From IMG/VR virus record IMGVR_UViG_3300023240_000015: a stretch of 64,000 nt of DNA. One strand, given 5' to 3'. This document shows positions 9,982 to 20,852 of this stretch, in pieces. The notes below the pieces were generated by a model, which saw only the letters and a list, made by a program, of their open reading frames with translations, did no database searches and had not been told where the DNA came from. The translations under genes and the position numbers were made by a program. Source of the DNA: an uncultured virus (IMG/VR IMGVR_UViG_3300023240_000015). Taxonomy: Duplodnaviria; Heunggongvirae; Uroviricota; Caudoviricetes. Every line of letters starts with the position of its first letter. Position 1 is the first letter of the stretch.

Positions 9982-10341
9982 ATGTTAATTAACGGCACAC
10001 CTTTAGAAAAATGTTGCAAAAATCTTTTGCAACAAAATCTGACATTCGAAATCAAAAACAAATCATTAAAAAGCGGAAAGATGATTCTTTTCTACCAAAA
10101 GAATTTCTACTTGGTTTTTGTTATAAATACGGATAAGAAAGATAAAGATAAAATTGAAATTCCTATACCATTTCAAATCGAAGAGCATCCGAGCGATAAT
10201 CTGATATATTTCGATTATCGAATTTCGACGCTTCAAAAACATTTTCAAGATGCCGAGCCTTATATATCTCTATACACACCTAAAAAAAATCTTGTAAAAA
10301 ACAAATTTTTTGATAATATACTGGTTATATCAAAAAACTAA
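9982..10341 (+). CDS. Hypothetical protein
   Basis: ORF in operon. Confidence 0.7.
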   Translation: MLINGTPLEKCCKNLLQQNLTFEIKNKSLKSGKMILFYQKNFYLVFVINTDKKDKDKIEIPIPFQIEEHPSDNLIYFDYRISTLQKHFQDAEPYISLYTPKKNLVKNKFFDNILVISKN

Positions 10342-10347
10342 AATATT

Positions 10348-10569
10348 ATGGAAAATAAAGGCACAATTAAAATATCAGGAGGAACTAGTTTTTTCGGTCT
10401 TCTCACAATCGCATTCATAGTTTTAAAATTAACCGGATTCATCACATGGTCTTGGTTATGGGTTCTGGCACCTTTATGGGTTGGGTTCGCCATAGGATTG
10501 GCAATTTTAGCAGCAACGGCAGCAATTTTTCTAGTAGGTTTTCTCATCATTCTAATATTTGATCGATAA
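10348..10569 (+). CDS. Small membrane protein
   Basis: LTIAFIVLKLTGFITWSWLWVLAPLW, a common phage membrane protein pattern. Confidence 0.8.
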   Translation: MENKGTIKISGGTSFFGLLTIAFIVLKLTGFITWSWLWVLAPLWVGFAIGLAILAATAAIFLVGFLIILIFDR

Positions 10570-10571
10570 CT

Positions 10572-10811
10572 ATGCCTAACAAATTTATATATAGCGTGTT
10601 CTCCGGAACTATTTACCAAGTTCCTGAAAAAGATATAAAAATTCTAGATATAGGACAGATTGCCCTACTTAAACAACCGCCCAACAACTGTAAAAAATGC
10701 TATGGTCGTGGATATTCTGGACGAGATTCTGATAATTTTGCATACTATGGATGTACATGTATTCGAAAAATAGTTGATAATAGGTATACAAATATACTTG
10801 CTCAAAAGTAA
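10572..10811 (+). CDS. Small zinc-finger protein
   Basis: CKKCYGRG...CTC. Confidence 0.65.
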   Translation: MPNKFIYSVFSGTIYQVPEKDIKILDIGQIALLKQPPNNCKKCYGRGYSGRDSDNFAYYGCTCIRKIVDNRYTNILAQK

Positions 10812-10832
10812 AAAGTGTGATATCAATTAAAG

Positions 10833-12482
10833 ATGTCATTAAAAGATTTCTTTCCAAAAGAATACACTCCACGAAAACAACAACTCGACGCTCTAGATAA
10901 AATTGAGAGCATCTGGACATCGGGTAAAAAATTCGCAATAGGTGTTCTTCCGACTGGTTCGGGAAAATCCCACATCTCTAAAACTATTGCAAATAGTTCG
11001 AGAGATATTGATCCATATCTCGAAAGTCTGATTCTAAATTATCAAATTTACAAAAGACGGAGGGATGGCGGATTTGCGGTTGAGGACGATTTCTTAAATG
11101 CCGAGTCATATGGTGCATTTATTTTGACGATTACCAAATCATTACAAGACCAATATCACAATCTATTTTCTGATGACTTTACGATCAAAGGAAAGAGTAA
11201 TTATCAATGTTTCGTCGATAACGACTTTACTACTGATTTTGCACCATGTTCCCTATCAACTAAACAAAAACAAACATGTTTTGATGAAAATTGTTGTCCC
11301 TATTATAGAAATAGAAATCAAGGTCTTGCATCTAAAGGACCATTTTTAAATTACAATGTATTTTTCAATTTACCCGAGTTTCTTAGAAAGAGGCAATATC
11401 TTATTTTAGACGAAGCTTCTGAATTAGAAGAAGAACTTGTGGGCAAATATTCCGTAAAAATCAATTACAAAATTCTAGAGTTTGAAAAGGTAATCGTCAA
11501 ACCACTAAAAAGCGAAAATTTGAATGTTGCTAAGAACTGGTTGGTGGATATCAGAACACAACTCGAAATTTTTTATGATGATGCCGTAGCCGAAGCATCG
11601 ACCAACAGTTCAAATAATAACTACAAAAACATCAATCCTAAACTGGTTAAAAAAATCAGTCGATTGAATAATATGATCAAAGAACTTGATCAGGCGTTCA
11701 CATATTGGACATCATGCCAATATATGGTAGAATCCTTAGATGATGAAGGCGCAACGTTTACACCTTACGACATCAGACCATTAACTCAAATCCTTTTTGA
11801 TGGAGCCGATAAAGTTTTGATGATGTCTGCTACAATTTCAAACCCCGTTGAATATGCTAAATCCTTGGGAATCGACCGAGACGATTTCGAATTTTTTGAA
11901 ATCTCATCAAGTTTTGATCCCAAAAAATCTCCGATCTTGTGTAGTAAAAAATACAATTTAAGTTTTAAAACCATGGAACAATTTCTGCCAAAAATTATTG
12001 AATCCGCGATTAGCGTATGCGAGACTCATGCAAACGAAAAGGGCGTGATTCACTGCCATTCTAATAGAATTCTTCAAGAAGTCAGACGACAAATTGGTGA
12101 CGATCCCCGATATTTATTCAGGGAACCGGGGGTAACTAACGAAGATCTTTTAGAGATTCATAAAAACTCAACAGAACCCACTATCATGGTTAGCCCATCT
12201 ATGGATACCGGAGTAAGTCTAGACGACGATCTAGGCCGATTCCAGATCATCTGTAAGGCTCCTTATCTACCTTTGGGTAGTAATCGAATCAAGAGACTCT
12301 TCAAAGAATTTCCAAAACGATATGCTATGAAGATGTTGGATAACGTAATTCAGATGAGTGGGCGATGCACTCGATCAATTGATGATTATTCAATCACATA
12401 CATACTAGACGGAACCCTCGTTAGTGCGATCCAGAGAGAGAATTCACACCTACCTAAACATTTCTTAGAACGATTTAAGTAA
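10833..12482 (+). CDS. DinG/Rad3-family SF2 helicase
   Basis: PTGSGKS, Cys cluster, DEA, MSAT, QMSGRCTRS motifs. Confidence 0.9.
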   Translation: MSLKDFFPKEYTPRKQQLDALDKIESIWTSGKKFAIGVLPTGSGKSHISKTIANSSRDIDPYLESLILNYQIYKRRRDGGFAVEDDFLNAESYGAFILTITKSLQDQYHNLFSDDFTIKGKSNYQCFVDNDFTTDFAPCSLSTKQKQTCFDENCCPYYRNRNQGLASKGPFLNYNVFFNLPEFLRKRQYLILDEASELEEELVGKYSVKINYKILEFEKVIVKPLKSENLNVAKNWLVDIRTQLEIFYDDAVAEASTNSSNNNYKNINPKLVKKISRLNNMIKELDQAFTYWTSCQYMVESLDDEGATFTPYDIRPLTQILFDGADKVLMMSATISNPVEYAKSLGIDRDDFEFFEISSSFDPKKSPILCSKKYNLSFKTMEQFLPKIIESAISVCETHANEKGVIHCHSNRILQEVRRQIGDDPRYLFREPGVTNEDLLEIHKNSTEPTIMVSPSMDTGVSLDDDLGRFQIICKAPYLPLGSNRIKRLFKEFPKRYAMKMLDNVIQMSGRCTRSIDDYSITYILDGTLVSAIQRENSHLPKHFLERFK

Positions 12483-12506
12483 TTTTAAATAAGTAGTTCT
12501 CATAAT

Positions 12507-13253
12507 ATGAAGAACTACACATATGCATGGGAAGTCCAAACTCTATTAGAGCAGTTTATTGGAGCATTTAATGATATCACGATCAAGAGATATGATAATC
12601 AAAAGAGTGTAATTCCTTCATTAAGTGCCGTGAAGGTGATATATGTTTACGCGCCAAAATCTAGAGTTTTTGCCACTTTGAATAATCCTGCACCGGGAGG
12701 ACTAACTCTTCCAGCAGTTTCCGTGAGTATTGCTAGTATATCTAGAGATAATTCTCGGGTATTTAATAAGAATGATGGGTTCGAGATCCCATATAACAAC
12801 GAAACCAATGTATATGAATACGATAAAAAAATCCCACAACCCGTTCCCATTAATATATCTGTTAATATGACGATCATTACAAAATATCAAGTTGATATGG
12901 ATCAGATAATTTCAAATTTTGTTCCTTACAATGACCCGTATATTGTAATTTCGTGGAAAATGCCTCATGTTGATGCGAAATTTCCAACCGAAATTCGATC
13001 TGAAATTTTATGGAGTGGTAACATTGCCATGAATTATCCTATCGATTTAGCCGGGAACCAATCATATAGAGTCACAGCGGATACATCATTCATTATTAAA
13101 GGATGGCTATTTAAAAAAATGGAAGATGTCGTTAGTAAAATATATGTTATTGATTCTGACTACAATTCGACAAATTTCAATAATGGGTTATTGGTCGATC
13201 TAGATACATTAACAACCGAATATCTTAGCGTTTCGGCTCGACCAAATTTTTAA
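12507..13253 (+). CDS. gp15: Tail sheath stabilizer / tail terminator (gp15-like)
   Basis: FIGAFNDITIKR, YAPK, LPAVS, PVPINI, FIIKGWLF. Confidence 0.8.
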   Translation: MKNYTYAWEVQTLLEQFIGAFNDITIKRYDNQKSVIPSLSAVKVIYVYAPKSRVFATLNNPAPGGLTLPAVSVSIASISRDNSRVFNKNDGFEIPYNNETNVYEYDKKIPQPVPINISVNMTIITKYQVDMDQIISNFVPYNDPYIVISWKMPHVDAKFPTEIRSEILWSGNIAMNYPIDLAGNQSYRVTADTSFIIKGWLFKKMEDVVSKIYVIDSDYNSTNFNNGLLVDLDTLTTEYLSVSARPNF

Positions 13254-13254
13254 T

Positions 13255-13770
13255 ATGAGAAAAGTATATCCATACCATTTTGTATTAGGCGAAAACGGGT
13301 CTATTACCCAAGCTTCTTCTATGAAAGTAGAGGTTTATGGAAAAAGTTTTCTAAGTTTACGAAATTTATACTTGAGTGGTTCCGATCCTTATATGTTTAG
13401 TGACACCACACTACATGATCCATTTTCGTCTAATAATTTGAAAATGCGAACAGCTTATCCATCATTTAACGCATCCATTATTCCGCAATTTTTGGTGCAT
13501 TCGGATAATATCATTAATTTTACATTCACAGAAGTTCCTAGAGTTACTGGGTATATCGATATTATAGCAGAAAATGAAGCGGGTTATGGAAAATTGTCCG
13601 TCGATAGCGTTATGCCGTTTTTAAGTTCATTTCAAGGTGCTGTTAATATTCAAAACCCTTGGGTTCGTGGTATTATAATAGATATCTCTGATGACTTATT
13701 ATATGGCATTCTATTAGAAAGTGGTAATTACCTATTGGATGAACTAGGAAAAACCATTATTGTGGATTGA
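13255..13770 (+). CDS. Virion-associated hypothetical protein
   Basis: Located between gp15 and portal; C-terminal LLESGNYLLDE. Confidence 0.7.
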   Translation: MRKVYPYHFVLGENGSITQASSMKVEVYGKSFLSLRNLYLSGSDPYMFSDTTLHDPFSSNNLKMRTAYPSFNASIIPQFLVHSDNIINFTFTEVPRVTGYIDIIAENEAGYGKLSVDSVMPFLSSFQGAVNIQNPWVRGIIIDISDDLLYGILLESGNYLLDELGKTIIVD

Positions 13771-13800
13771 TTTATTGAGATTCTTTGATAATTAATTATT

Positions 13801-15675
13801 ATGGCATCAAACGCATTTTCACAGGCTGGCGGAAAAACAGATCAAGGTAGAGGGTTCGTCTCAAGTTTACTACAAAAATTGCCTTATGCTGAGATTGTTC
13901 AGGACGTTGATGAAAATAATCCAAAATATGAGTTATTTAGTAGATTAACTAAGAATCGTGAAGCCAAAATAATGAGGCAATCTGTCATCACTGGTCCTTA
14001 TATGGATCAGTCTTGGCAGGATCAATTCTCTCCTAGTGCATTTAATACCGATAAAGGATATCATCAGTATATTTACGCCGCTTTGGACACCGATAAACCA
14101 CGTAGGTTATCGGAATATCGAAGAATGGCCGCATTTGCAGAAGTTTCTGATTGTTTGGATGAAATTTGCGATGACTTTGTTAATATTGATGATAATGGAC
14201 GAGCTATTTCAATCAAGTTTAACAATTTTAACAAGATAGAGTCCGAAGAACGCTCAGAGATCGAAAAAGAATTCTATCGATTCATTAATATTTTTGAAAT
14301 CCAAAGAAAGGGTTGGGCTTACTGTAGAAATTGGCTTACTGAGGGAGAAGTCTTCTTTGAAAATGTTATTCATGAAGAAAAAACCAATCTTGGCATTGTT
14401 GGTGCAATAACAGTTCCCGGAGATCTTATCAATCCAGTATATGACAATGTTCAAAACACGGTAATTCAAAATTTCTTATTTCAAAAGCCTGTTGATATTC
14501 AATCCAATCCAAATGTTCCACCGAACATGAAGAATACCAATCCGGTTAATTCTTTACAACAACAGATCTTAACGTTAGAAGGAAAACAAATTACATATAT
14601 CCATTCTGGTATATGGAATGAAGATTTTACAATCAGAATTCCATTTTTAGAGAATTGTCGTAGAGCCTACAAGCAAGTTTCACTCATCGAAGATGCTATT
14701 ATCATTTATCGAATGGTTAGAGCACCAGAACGATTGAAATTCACTATCGACGTTGGAACATTGCCACCAGCAAAGGCAGAAGCATATATTAAACAGATGA
14801 TGCATCAGTATAGGAATAGAAAATCTTATGACGGGTCGAGCCAGTCTCCCGGTGCGTCTAATGTATACGAACCTATGTCCATGTTGGATGATTATTGGTT
14901 TGCTCGAAGAAAAGGTGAAGATGGGTCTAACGTTGAGTCACTTCCGGGTGGTGGATCATTAGGCGAACTAGCCGACTTGCAATATTTCGTTAAAAAACTT
15001 TATCAATCTTTAAAAGTTCCTACTAGCAGACTAAACCCAGAGCAAAGTTTTAGCGATGGCGCAGAAATCTTGCGAGAAGAGCTTAGATTTGCCAAATTTA
15101 TCATTAGAATTCAACGAGCATTTGCTCAAGGATTTAAAGCGTCATTTGTCACTCATTTAAAACTTAGAGATTGGTGGAAAGAATACGGACTACATGAATC
15201 TAATTTTGATTTAGAATTTACACCACCATCTAGTTATTTTGCAATAAGACAGCAACAATTGTTTGATTTGAAATATAACAATTTCTCGAACATGGCTCAA
15301 AACGAATCAATCTCGAAAACCTTTGCACAGAGATATTATCTTGGTCTTACCGATGATAAGATTTCTGAAAATATGGCATGGTTGCGTAAAGATGCTGCCC
15401 TACAATGGGAATTGATGCAAATTGGTCAAATGGGGCCAAATTGGAGAGATCATTTAGAGGCAATGGCTGATGCCCAAGAAGGATTAGAAGGTGGTGGAGG
15501 CCCAGAAGGTGGTGGAATGGGTGTTCCTCCTGATGGAACGGGCGCGGGTTCCGAGATGGGATCAGCAATTCCCGAATTTGGTGCTCCCGGTGACGTACCA
15601 GTAGAAGGTGGAAATTTTCCGGTAGGGACCGAACCATTAGAAAATGATGAAGAAGATCCTGAAGAAGATCTATAA
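13801..15675 (+). CDS. gp20: Portal protein
   Basis: YRRMA, IEDAIIIYRMVRAPER, DVGTLP, MLDDYWFARR, LPGG, LKVPTSRL, REELRF. Confidence 0.95.
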   Translation: MASNAFSQAGGKTDQGRGFVSSLLQKLPYAEIVQDVDENNPKYELFSRLTKNREAKIMRQSVITGPYMDQSWQDQFSPSAFNTDKGYHQYIYAALDTDKPRRLSEYRRMAAFAEVSDCLDEICDDFVNIDDNGRAISIKFNNFNKIESEERSEIEKEFYRFINIFEIQRKGWAYCRNWLTEGEVFFENVIHEEKTNLGIVGAITVPGDLINPVYDNVQNTVIQNFLFQKPVDIQSNPNVPPNMKNTNPVNSLQQQILTLEGKQITYIHSGIWNEDFTIRIPFLENCRRAYKQVSLIEDAIIIYRMVRAPERLKFTIDVGTLPPAKAEAYIKQMMHQYRNRKSYDGSSQSPGASNVYEPMSMLDDYWFARRKGEDGSNVESLPGGGSLGELADLQYFVKKLYQSLKVPTSRLNPEQSFSDGAEILREELRFAKFIIRIQRAFAQGFKASFVTHLKLRDWWKEYGLHESNFDLEFTPPSSYFAIRQQQLFDLKYNNFSNMAQNESISKTFAQRYYLGLTDDKISENMAWLRKDAALQWELMQIGQMGPNWRDHLEAMADAQEGLEGGGGPEGGGMGVPPDGTGAGSEMGSAIPEFGAPGDVPVEGGNFPVGTEPLENDEEDPEEDL

Positions 15676-15695
15676 CATCATAAGTAATTATTAAT

Positions 15696-16556
15696 ATGTC
15701 TGTATTACCAACCAATTTTGGATCAACAACGTTCTCACCAAGGATTACTAGCTATGAACTGTTAGCTCAACGTGTTAGACGATCTTTAGGAGAACCTATG
15801 ATTGATGTAGAAGCCGCAAATGAACAGATCTATGAATGTATCGATATGGCGTGTGAATTTTTCACCAAATTCGCTGGATTAACCGAGGAATTCTTAATAT
15901 TTCGATCAGATCTATATCAAAGAGGATATGGACTGGAAATTGGTAAACTAATCAATATAACGCCTAATTTAATGCAGACCGGGACTACCCAATTGAGTTC
16001 TGGGTGGGATTATGATATGAACGAATATCGCAAAGTTGTCGAAGTCCATTCGTTCGAACAAGGTAACAACTCAGGTGTCAATACTTTGTTCACAATCGAA
16101 AACACTATTGCACAACAAGCGTATTTCGGTCATCTGTTGGGTAATATGGGATATGATCTTGTCACATGGCACATGCTTAAATCTTGGTTGGATACTCGTG
16201 AAAAATTGTTAGGTATGACACCATATATTAGATTTTATCCAGAAGAACAAGTACTAAGAGTTATACCAGAACCCAGTCAAAGTGGAAATCCTTATTTTGG
16301 GGTGGTTGGGTGTAAAATTCTTAAACCTATTAAAGAAATTGTCCCTCAATTGTGGGTTTGGAAATATACAATGGCACTTGTCAAAGAAAATATTGGATAT
16401 ATTCGTGGAAAATATACGGGAACAATTTTATTTGGTGGTCAACAAGTCAATTATAGTGATATTTTCCAACAAGGTATCAAAGAAAAGGAAGCATTAGAAG
16501 CTCAAATGATAACCAGCGGTTATGATGCTGAACCACCTAGATTTTTCTGTGCATGA
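15696..16556 (+). CDS. gp13: Neck protein (gp13-like)
   Basis: RSLGEPMIDVE, WVWKYTMALVK...RGKY...GG. Confidence 0.85.
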   Translation: MSVLPTNFGSTTFSPRITSYELLAQRVRRSLGEPMIDVEAANEQIYECIDMACEFFTKFAGLTEEFLIFRSDLYQRGYGLEIGKLINITPNLMQTGTTQLSSGWDYDMNEYRKVVEVHSFEQGNNSGVNTLFTIENTIAQQAYFGHLLGNMGYDLVTWHMLKSWLDTREKLLGMTPYIRFYPEEQVLRVIPEPSQSGNPYFGVVGCKILKPIKEIVPQLWVWKYTMALVKENIGYIRGKYTGTILFGGQQVNYSDIFQQGIKEKEALEAQMITSGYDAEPPRFFCA

Positions 16557-16760
16557 TTTTAAGCGGATGTGATACAGAAGTAAAACACAAACATTATTAT
16601 CCCGATTTTTATGTTAAAATGTTAAATACCGTTATAGAAATTAAATCAAAATATACACTCAACCTAAATAGATACTTAAATAATAAAAAATTTAAAAAAA
16701 ACTAGAGACGCTGGATATAATCTATTAGTAATTGTTGATAAAAATAATTTACTCAAATGA
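16553..16760 (+). pseudogene. Remnant of a PD-(D/E)xK homing endonuclease
   Basis: ATG at 16553; HYYPDFY...IEIKSKYT; frameshift in an A8 run at 16694-16701, then continues TRDAGYNLLVIVD. Confidence 0.6.
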
Positions 16761-17212
16761 AAAATCTTAGAAAAAATCCCAAATATAAACAAGGGATTTA
16801 TAATGCTCAACATCCTGAAAAATATAAGGGGTCTATCCCCATAATTTACCGATCAGGTTTGGAAATAAAGGCATTTAGGTGGATGGATAATAATTCTAAC
16901 GTGTTAACCTGGGGTTCGGAAAGCGTAGTGGTTCCATATCAAGGACCAGACGGTAAAATACATCGGTATTTTATAGATTTAGTGTGTGAAATGCGTAGAA
17001 CCGATGGATCTAACCAAAAATTTTTGATCGAAGTTAAGCCCGAAAGACAAACTATGGCACCGATCATTACACCACGTAAGGCCAAGAAGACTATTATGTA
17101 TGAAAGTTATACATGGGCAGTCAATAATGCCAAATGGCAAGCTGCTGAACAGTATGCCAAACAAAAAGGTTATAAATTTATCATTTTAACCGATAAACAT
17201 TTAACAGTTTAA
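16757..17212 (+). CDS. gp4: Head completion nuclease (gp4-like)
   Basis: PEKYKG, YRSGLE, WGSE, HRYFIDL, IEVKP, VNNAKW. Confidence 0.92.
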   Translation: MKNLRKNPKYKQGIYNAQHPEKYKGSIPIIYRSGLEIKAFRWMDNNSNVLTWGSESVVVPYQGPDGKIHRYFIDLVCEMRRTDGSNQKFLIEVKPERQTMAPIITPRKAKKTIMYESYTWAVNNAKWQAAEQYAKQKGYKFIILTDKHLTV

Positions 17213-17628
17213 ACAGATTGAACGTATTGTTCAGTCTTGTTGGATGCATAAGCCTCGGCTTCGGCTTTAAGTGCTCTTAATAAACGAATATATACATGCT
17301 CACCAACCATTTCAGGTGTAATAGGAATTTCGTTACCAGAAACTTCATCAACTTTAACAATTCTGAAATTTTCATCAAAATCGAAATCCAAAATTTCGAC
17401 ACTAGCTGGTATACCCGGATCTGTATAAGTTTGTTTTTGTTCAGGAGTTGATTCCCAAGATACTTCAACATCACCGATACCATAGTATTCGTCACCGTTG
17501 ATCACAACCATAGCCTGATCCTCAATCGTTACTGTATAAGGATTAGATGCATTACCACCATCATCATGGTAATATTCATTAACTTTGATATAAAGTGATT
17601 CTAAAATAAGGCTATCGTCGTCTTTCAT
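17209..17628 (-). CDS. Hypothetical protein
   Basis: Likely start MKDDDSLILESLY, just downstream of ATAAGTA on the minus strand. Confidence 0.65.
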   Translation of the reverse strand: MKDDDSLILESLYIKVNEYYHDDGGNASNPYTVTIEDQAMVVINGDEYYGIGDVEVSWESTPEQKQTYTDPGIPASVEILDFDFDENFRIVKVDEVSGNEIPITPEMVGEHVYIRLLRALKAEAEAYASNKTEQYVQSV

Positions 17629-17704
17629 AATATTACTTATTAATAATATCTCACAAATATTAGATATTGTAAACATATATGATAAATACTTTATAACAAT
17701 ACAC

Positions 17705-19465
17705 ATGGAAAATGCTTTTCAACTTATAGTCGAACAACCTAATTACGATGTAAAATATCTCATCGAAGAAAAAAATCGAAATACGCCTTCGACAATGCAT
17801 ATTCAAGGACCATTTTTAATGGCTGATTTGGCTAATAGAAATAATAGAATTTATCCATTGGAAGAGATGGTAAAAGAAGTTGATAGATATAATACGGAAA
17901 TGATTAAAAATAATCGAGCTACTGGTGAGCTTGAACATCCGAACTGTCATCTTGAAACAGCTAAAATTCTGACGGGAGATGGTTGGAAATTTTTGAAAGA
18001 TATTGATAATGAAGAGATGGTTTATTCTCTAAATCCAGATACACGCGAAATTGAATTACATCAGATCGATAAAAAGATAGATGACGCATATACTGGTAAA
18101 TTATACCATATTAAAGGTAGAAATATTGATACAAAGGTAACTCCAAATCATAGATTTTTAGTTTATGATCGATATAATAAACCATCTTTCGTCACAGCCG
18201 AGGAATTATATAATAATCGAAATAAATATAACCACTCGACTATACCAAAGCAAGGAAATTGGGTTTCTGAAACCCCCGAATTATTTAAATTAGAAGGGTT
18301 AAAAAATATTAAGGACGTTGGTAGATATAATATAAATCCAGAAACCGATTCTTATATTAAATATGAAACATTTGTTAAATTTTTAGGAATTTGGTTATCT
18401 GAGGGGTGGACTGTAAAATCGGAAAAAACGATTGTGGGAATAACTCAAAAGAAATCAGACATTGTTATAAAAATAAGAGAGATGCTTTCGGAATTTCCAG
18501 ATGAAATGAAATGGTCTGAAACTATCACCGATAGCGGCACATCAATTTTTAAATTGTTAGATTATCGATTAGCCGAATATCTTAAAAATAATTTTGGCAC
18601 AACATGTTATAATAAAAAAATCGCAAAAGAATTTAAAAATTTAGATTCTACATTATTGGACGAATTGGTATATTGGTTTAATTTAGGAGATGGTCGATTT
18701 GGAAATTGTGATGGATACGATTTTCGAAATGTGTTTTCAACATCAGAACAGCTTATATTAGATTTGAATGAAATTTTATTCAAATCGGGCGGTTGTGGAA
18801 ATATTAGAGAGATTGAAGCAGAATCGGATTATTACTTTGCGGGTCGTTTGATAAAGGCAGAAAATAAATCTATATTGTATCAATTAAATATATCAAGCAC
18901 TAATAATATCCATTTAGATTCTCGATTTTTAAAAATAACACCAGTGGATGATTTTTCAGGGAGAGTTTATTGTGTCACAGTAAAACATGGAAATTTTTAT
19001 TGCATGGATAACGGAAAGTCCTTTTGGACTGGAAATTCAGCAACGGTTAACCTAGAACGGGTTTGCCATGTTGTTACCGAACTTAAACAAGATGGTAATA
19101 TATTTTTAGGAAAATCTAAGATTCTTTCTACTCCTATGGGTAATATTGTTAAGTCACTTATTATGGATGGTGTTAAGTTGGGTGTATCTTCTAGAGCACT
19201 TGGACGGCTCGACGAAAAGGGTGGTAAATCAATGGTTTCGGAAATCCATCTGGTTGCCGTTGATGTTGTGGCTGACCCCTCGGTTCCAACTGCCTTTGTT
19301 AATGGTATCTTAGAATCTAAGAAATGGCTTGTTGGTGAATCCGGTTTATTCGAACCAGTTTATGCTGATTTTGAAAAGAGTATTTCCAAACTTCCCAAGA
19401 AGGCTCAACAAGAATTCCTTAAAGAACAAGTCATTAATTTCATTAATGCAATCAAGAAACTCTAA
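17705..19465 (+). CDS. gp21: Prohead protease with intein
   Basis: NRNNRIYP, GELEHP, ILSTPMG, LGVSSRALG, DVVADPS. Confidence 0.93.
   Translation: MENAFQLIVEQPNYDVKYLIEEKNRNTPSTMHIQGPFLMADLANRNNRIYPLEEMVKEVDRYNTEMIKNNRATGELEHPNCHLETAKILTGDGWKFLKDIDNEEMVYSLNPDTREIELHQIDKKIDDAYTGKLYHIKGRNIDTKVTPNHRFLVYDRYNKPSFVTAEELYNNRNKYNHSTIPKQGNWVSETPELFKLEGLKNIKDVGRYNINPETDSYIKYETFVKFLGIWLSEGWTVKSEKTIVGITQKKSDIVIKIREMLSEFPDEMKWSETITDSGTSIFKLLDYRLAEYLKNNFGTTCYNKKIAKEFKNLDSTLLDELVYWFNLGDGRFGNCDGYDFRNVFSTSEQLILDLNEILFKSGGCGNIREIEAESDYYFAGRLIKAENKSILYQLNISSTNNIHLDSRFLKITPVDDFSGRVYCVTVKHGNFYCMDNGKSFWTGNSATVNLERVCHVVTELKQDGNIFLGKSKILSTPMGNIVKSLIMDGVKLGVSSRALGRLDEKGGKSMVSEIHLVAVDVVADPSVPTAFVNGILESKKWLVGESGLFEPVYADFEKSISKLPKKAQQEFLKEQVINFINAIKKL
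17945..19036 (+). mobile_element. Intein (364 aa) with LAGLIDADG homing endonuclease
   Basis: Starts CHLETAKILT, has block B TPNHRF, FLGIWLSEG and LGDG, ends VYCVTV...FWTGN before Ser +1. Confidence 0.9.
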
Positions 19466-19473
19466 TTATTATT

Positions 19474-19653
19474 ATGAATCTTAAATCATTATATTCCAAA
19501 CTCATTATGAATGTTTGCGAGAACAAATATTCGGATGCCGACAAAAACCTTGATGCTATTCTCACCGAAAAGGTTAAGGTTAAGGTTAACAAGGCTGTTA
19601 AAGAAACCGATGGTTGTGGTAAGTCTAAACGATCCAAGAAATGTTGCCGTTAA
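19474..19653 (+). CDS. Small prohead-core-like protein (59 aa, not in ORF track)
   Basis: MNLKSLYSKLIMNVCENKYSDADKNLDAILTEKVK...; lies between protease and scaffold. Confidence 0.6.
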   Translation: MNLKSLYSKLIMNVCENKYSDADKNLDAILTEKVKVKVNKAVKETDGCGKSKRSKKCCR

Positions 19654-19916
19654 AATTATCGATATCATTCTTAATAAGAAAATAGGATTATCATCAGCAG
19701 ATCTCCCGGACACTGCAATATTTGCAGACGGGTTAGATGGCATCGAAGAAGGTTATTAATTTTCGTGTTGTCGGAAGAACAATCGCAGTGTTTTTATTAC
19801 ACTAACCTACAACCCTTATGAGCAGAACAGAATTTAAAAAATCGAACAAATTAAATTATTATTCGAAAAAAACACAAACTGTTGATGAATAAGTATAAGT
19901 AATTACACAAAATAAT

Positions 19917-20810
19917 ATGGAACTCAAAAAACTTCTCAAAAATTTAGATCCAAATCTAATTACCGAAGAAACTGCTTCTGCAATCGCAGAAGCATTTGAC
20001 TCAGCAGTTAAAGAAAAGTCCGATGCTAGAGTTTCTTTGGCCGTTGAAAAGGCTTTGTTCGAGCAAGATGAAGATCATGCTGCTAAATTGAACCATATTT
20101 TAGAAAAATCGGACACCGATCATTGTGATAAGTTAAAAATTGTTGTTAAAGCTATTACAGAGTCACACACCAAGAAACTTGGTAATATCATTAACTTCTA
20201 TAAGAAGTCAATCGACGAGAAAGCATCTACTTTCTCGAATAAGATCATTTGCGATCTCGATAAATTTATTTCCATGTATTTGGAAAAGAAAATTCCTTAC
20301 ACACAAATCCAAGAAGCGGTTAAAAACACACACGCTCGCAAGCAATTGAATGATATCCGTAAATTGGTTTCTTTTGATCCGGAAATGGTTCAAGAGAATG
20401 TTAAGTCGGTTGTTAAGTTGGGAAAGAACAAACTTGACAAGATGGCTGGTTTGTTGAGCGAGGCCAACGACCAAAATGCTAAACTACATCGTGAGTTAGG
20501 CAAAGTTAAGACTGCAATGATCCTTGAAGGTAAAACTAAAGGAATGGCATCTGCTAAAAAAGAATTTATCATTAAACTTCTCGAAGATAAGGATGTAACA
20601 TACATCAGAGAAAATTTCAATTATGTTGTTGAGATGTTCGAAAACGGCGAACAGGAAGAAACACAGAAGTCAGCGGTTGCTGCAACCAAGACTGCTATCA
20701 GTCGTGATGCTAAACCCACACAGCTTGTTTCTGAAGGAGTCGTTAAAACTAATGGGGCAAACAGTCCTGTTAGCGGATATCTGAGTGAATTGGAACGTAT
20801 TACTAAATAA
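19917..20810 (+). CDS. gp22: Prohead core scaffolding protein
   Basis: Coiled-coil, IAEAFDSAV motif, directly upstream of the major capsid gene. Confidence 0.8.
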   Translation: MELKKLLKNLDPNLITEETASAIAEAFDSAVKEKSDARVSLAVEKALFEQDEDHAAKLNHILEKSDTDHCDKLKIVVKAITESHTKKLGNIINFYKKSIDEKASTFSNKIICDLDKFISMYLEKKIPYTQIQEAVKNTHARKQLNDIRKLVSFDPEMVQENVKSVVKLGKNKLDKMAGLLSEANDQNAKLHRELGKVKTAMILEGKTKGMASAKKEFIIKLLEDKDVTYIRENFNYVVEMFENGEQEETQKSAVAATKTAISRDAKPTQLVSEGVVKTNGANSPVSGYLSELERITK

Positions 20811-20852
20811 TACGTCCACCAATTTTGTATCCCATAGAAAGAAAGTAATAAT

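Noticed and set aside
19452..19759. Three overlapping ORFs from the track
   Set aside because: A 59-aa plus-strand ORF at 19474-19653 fits the operon better.
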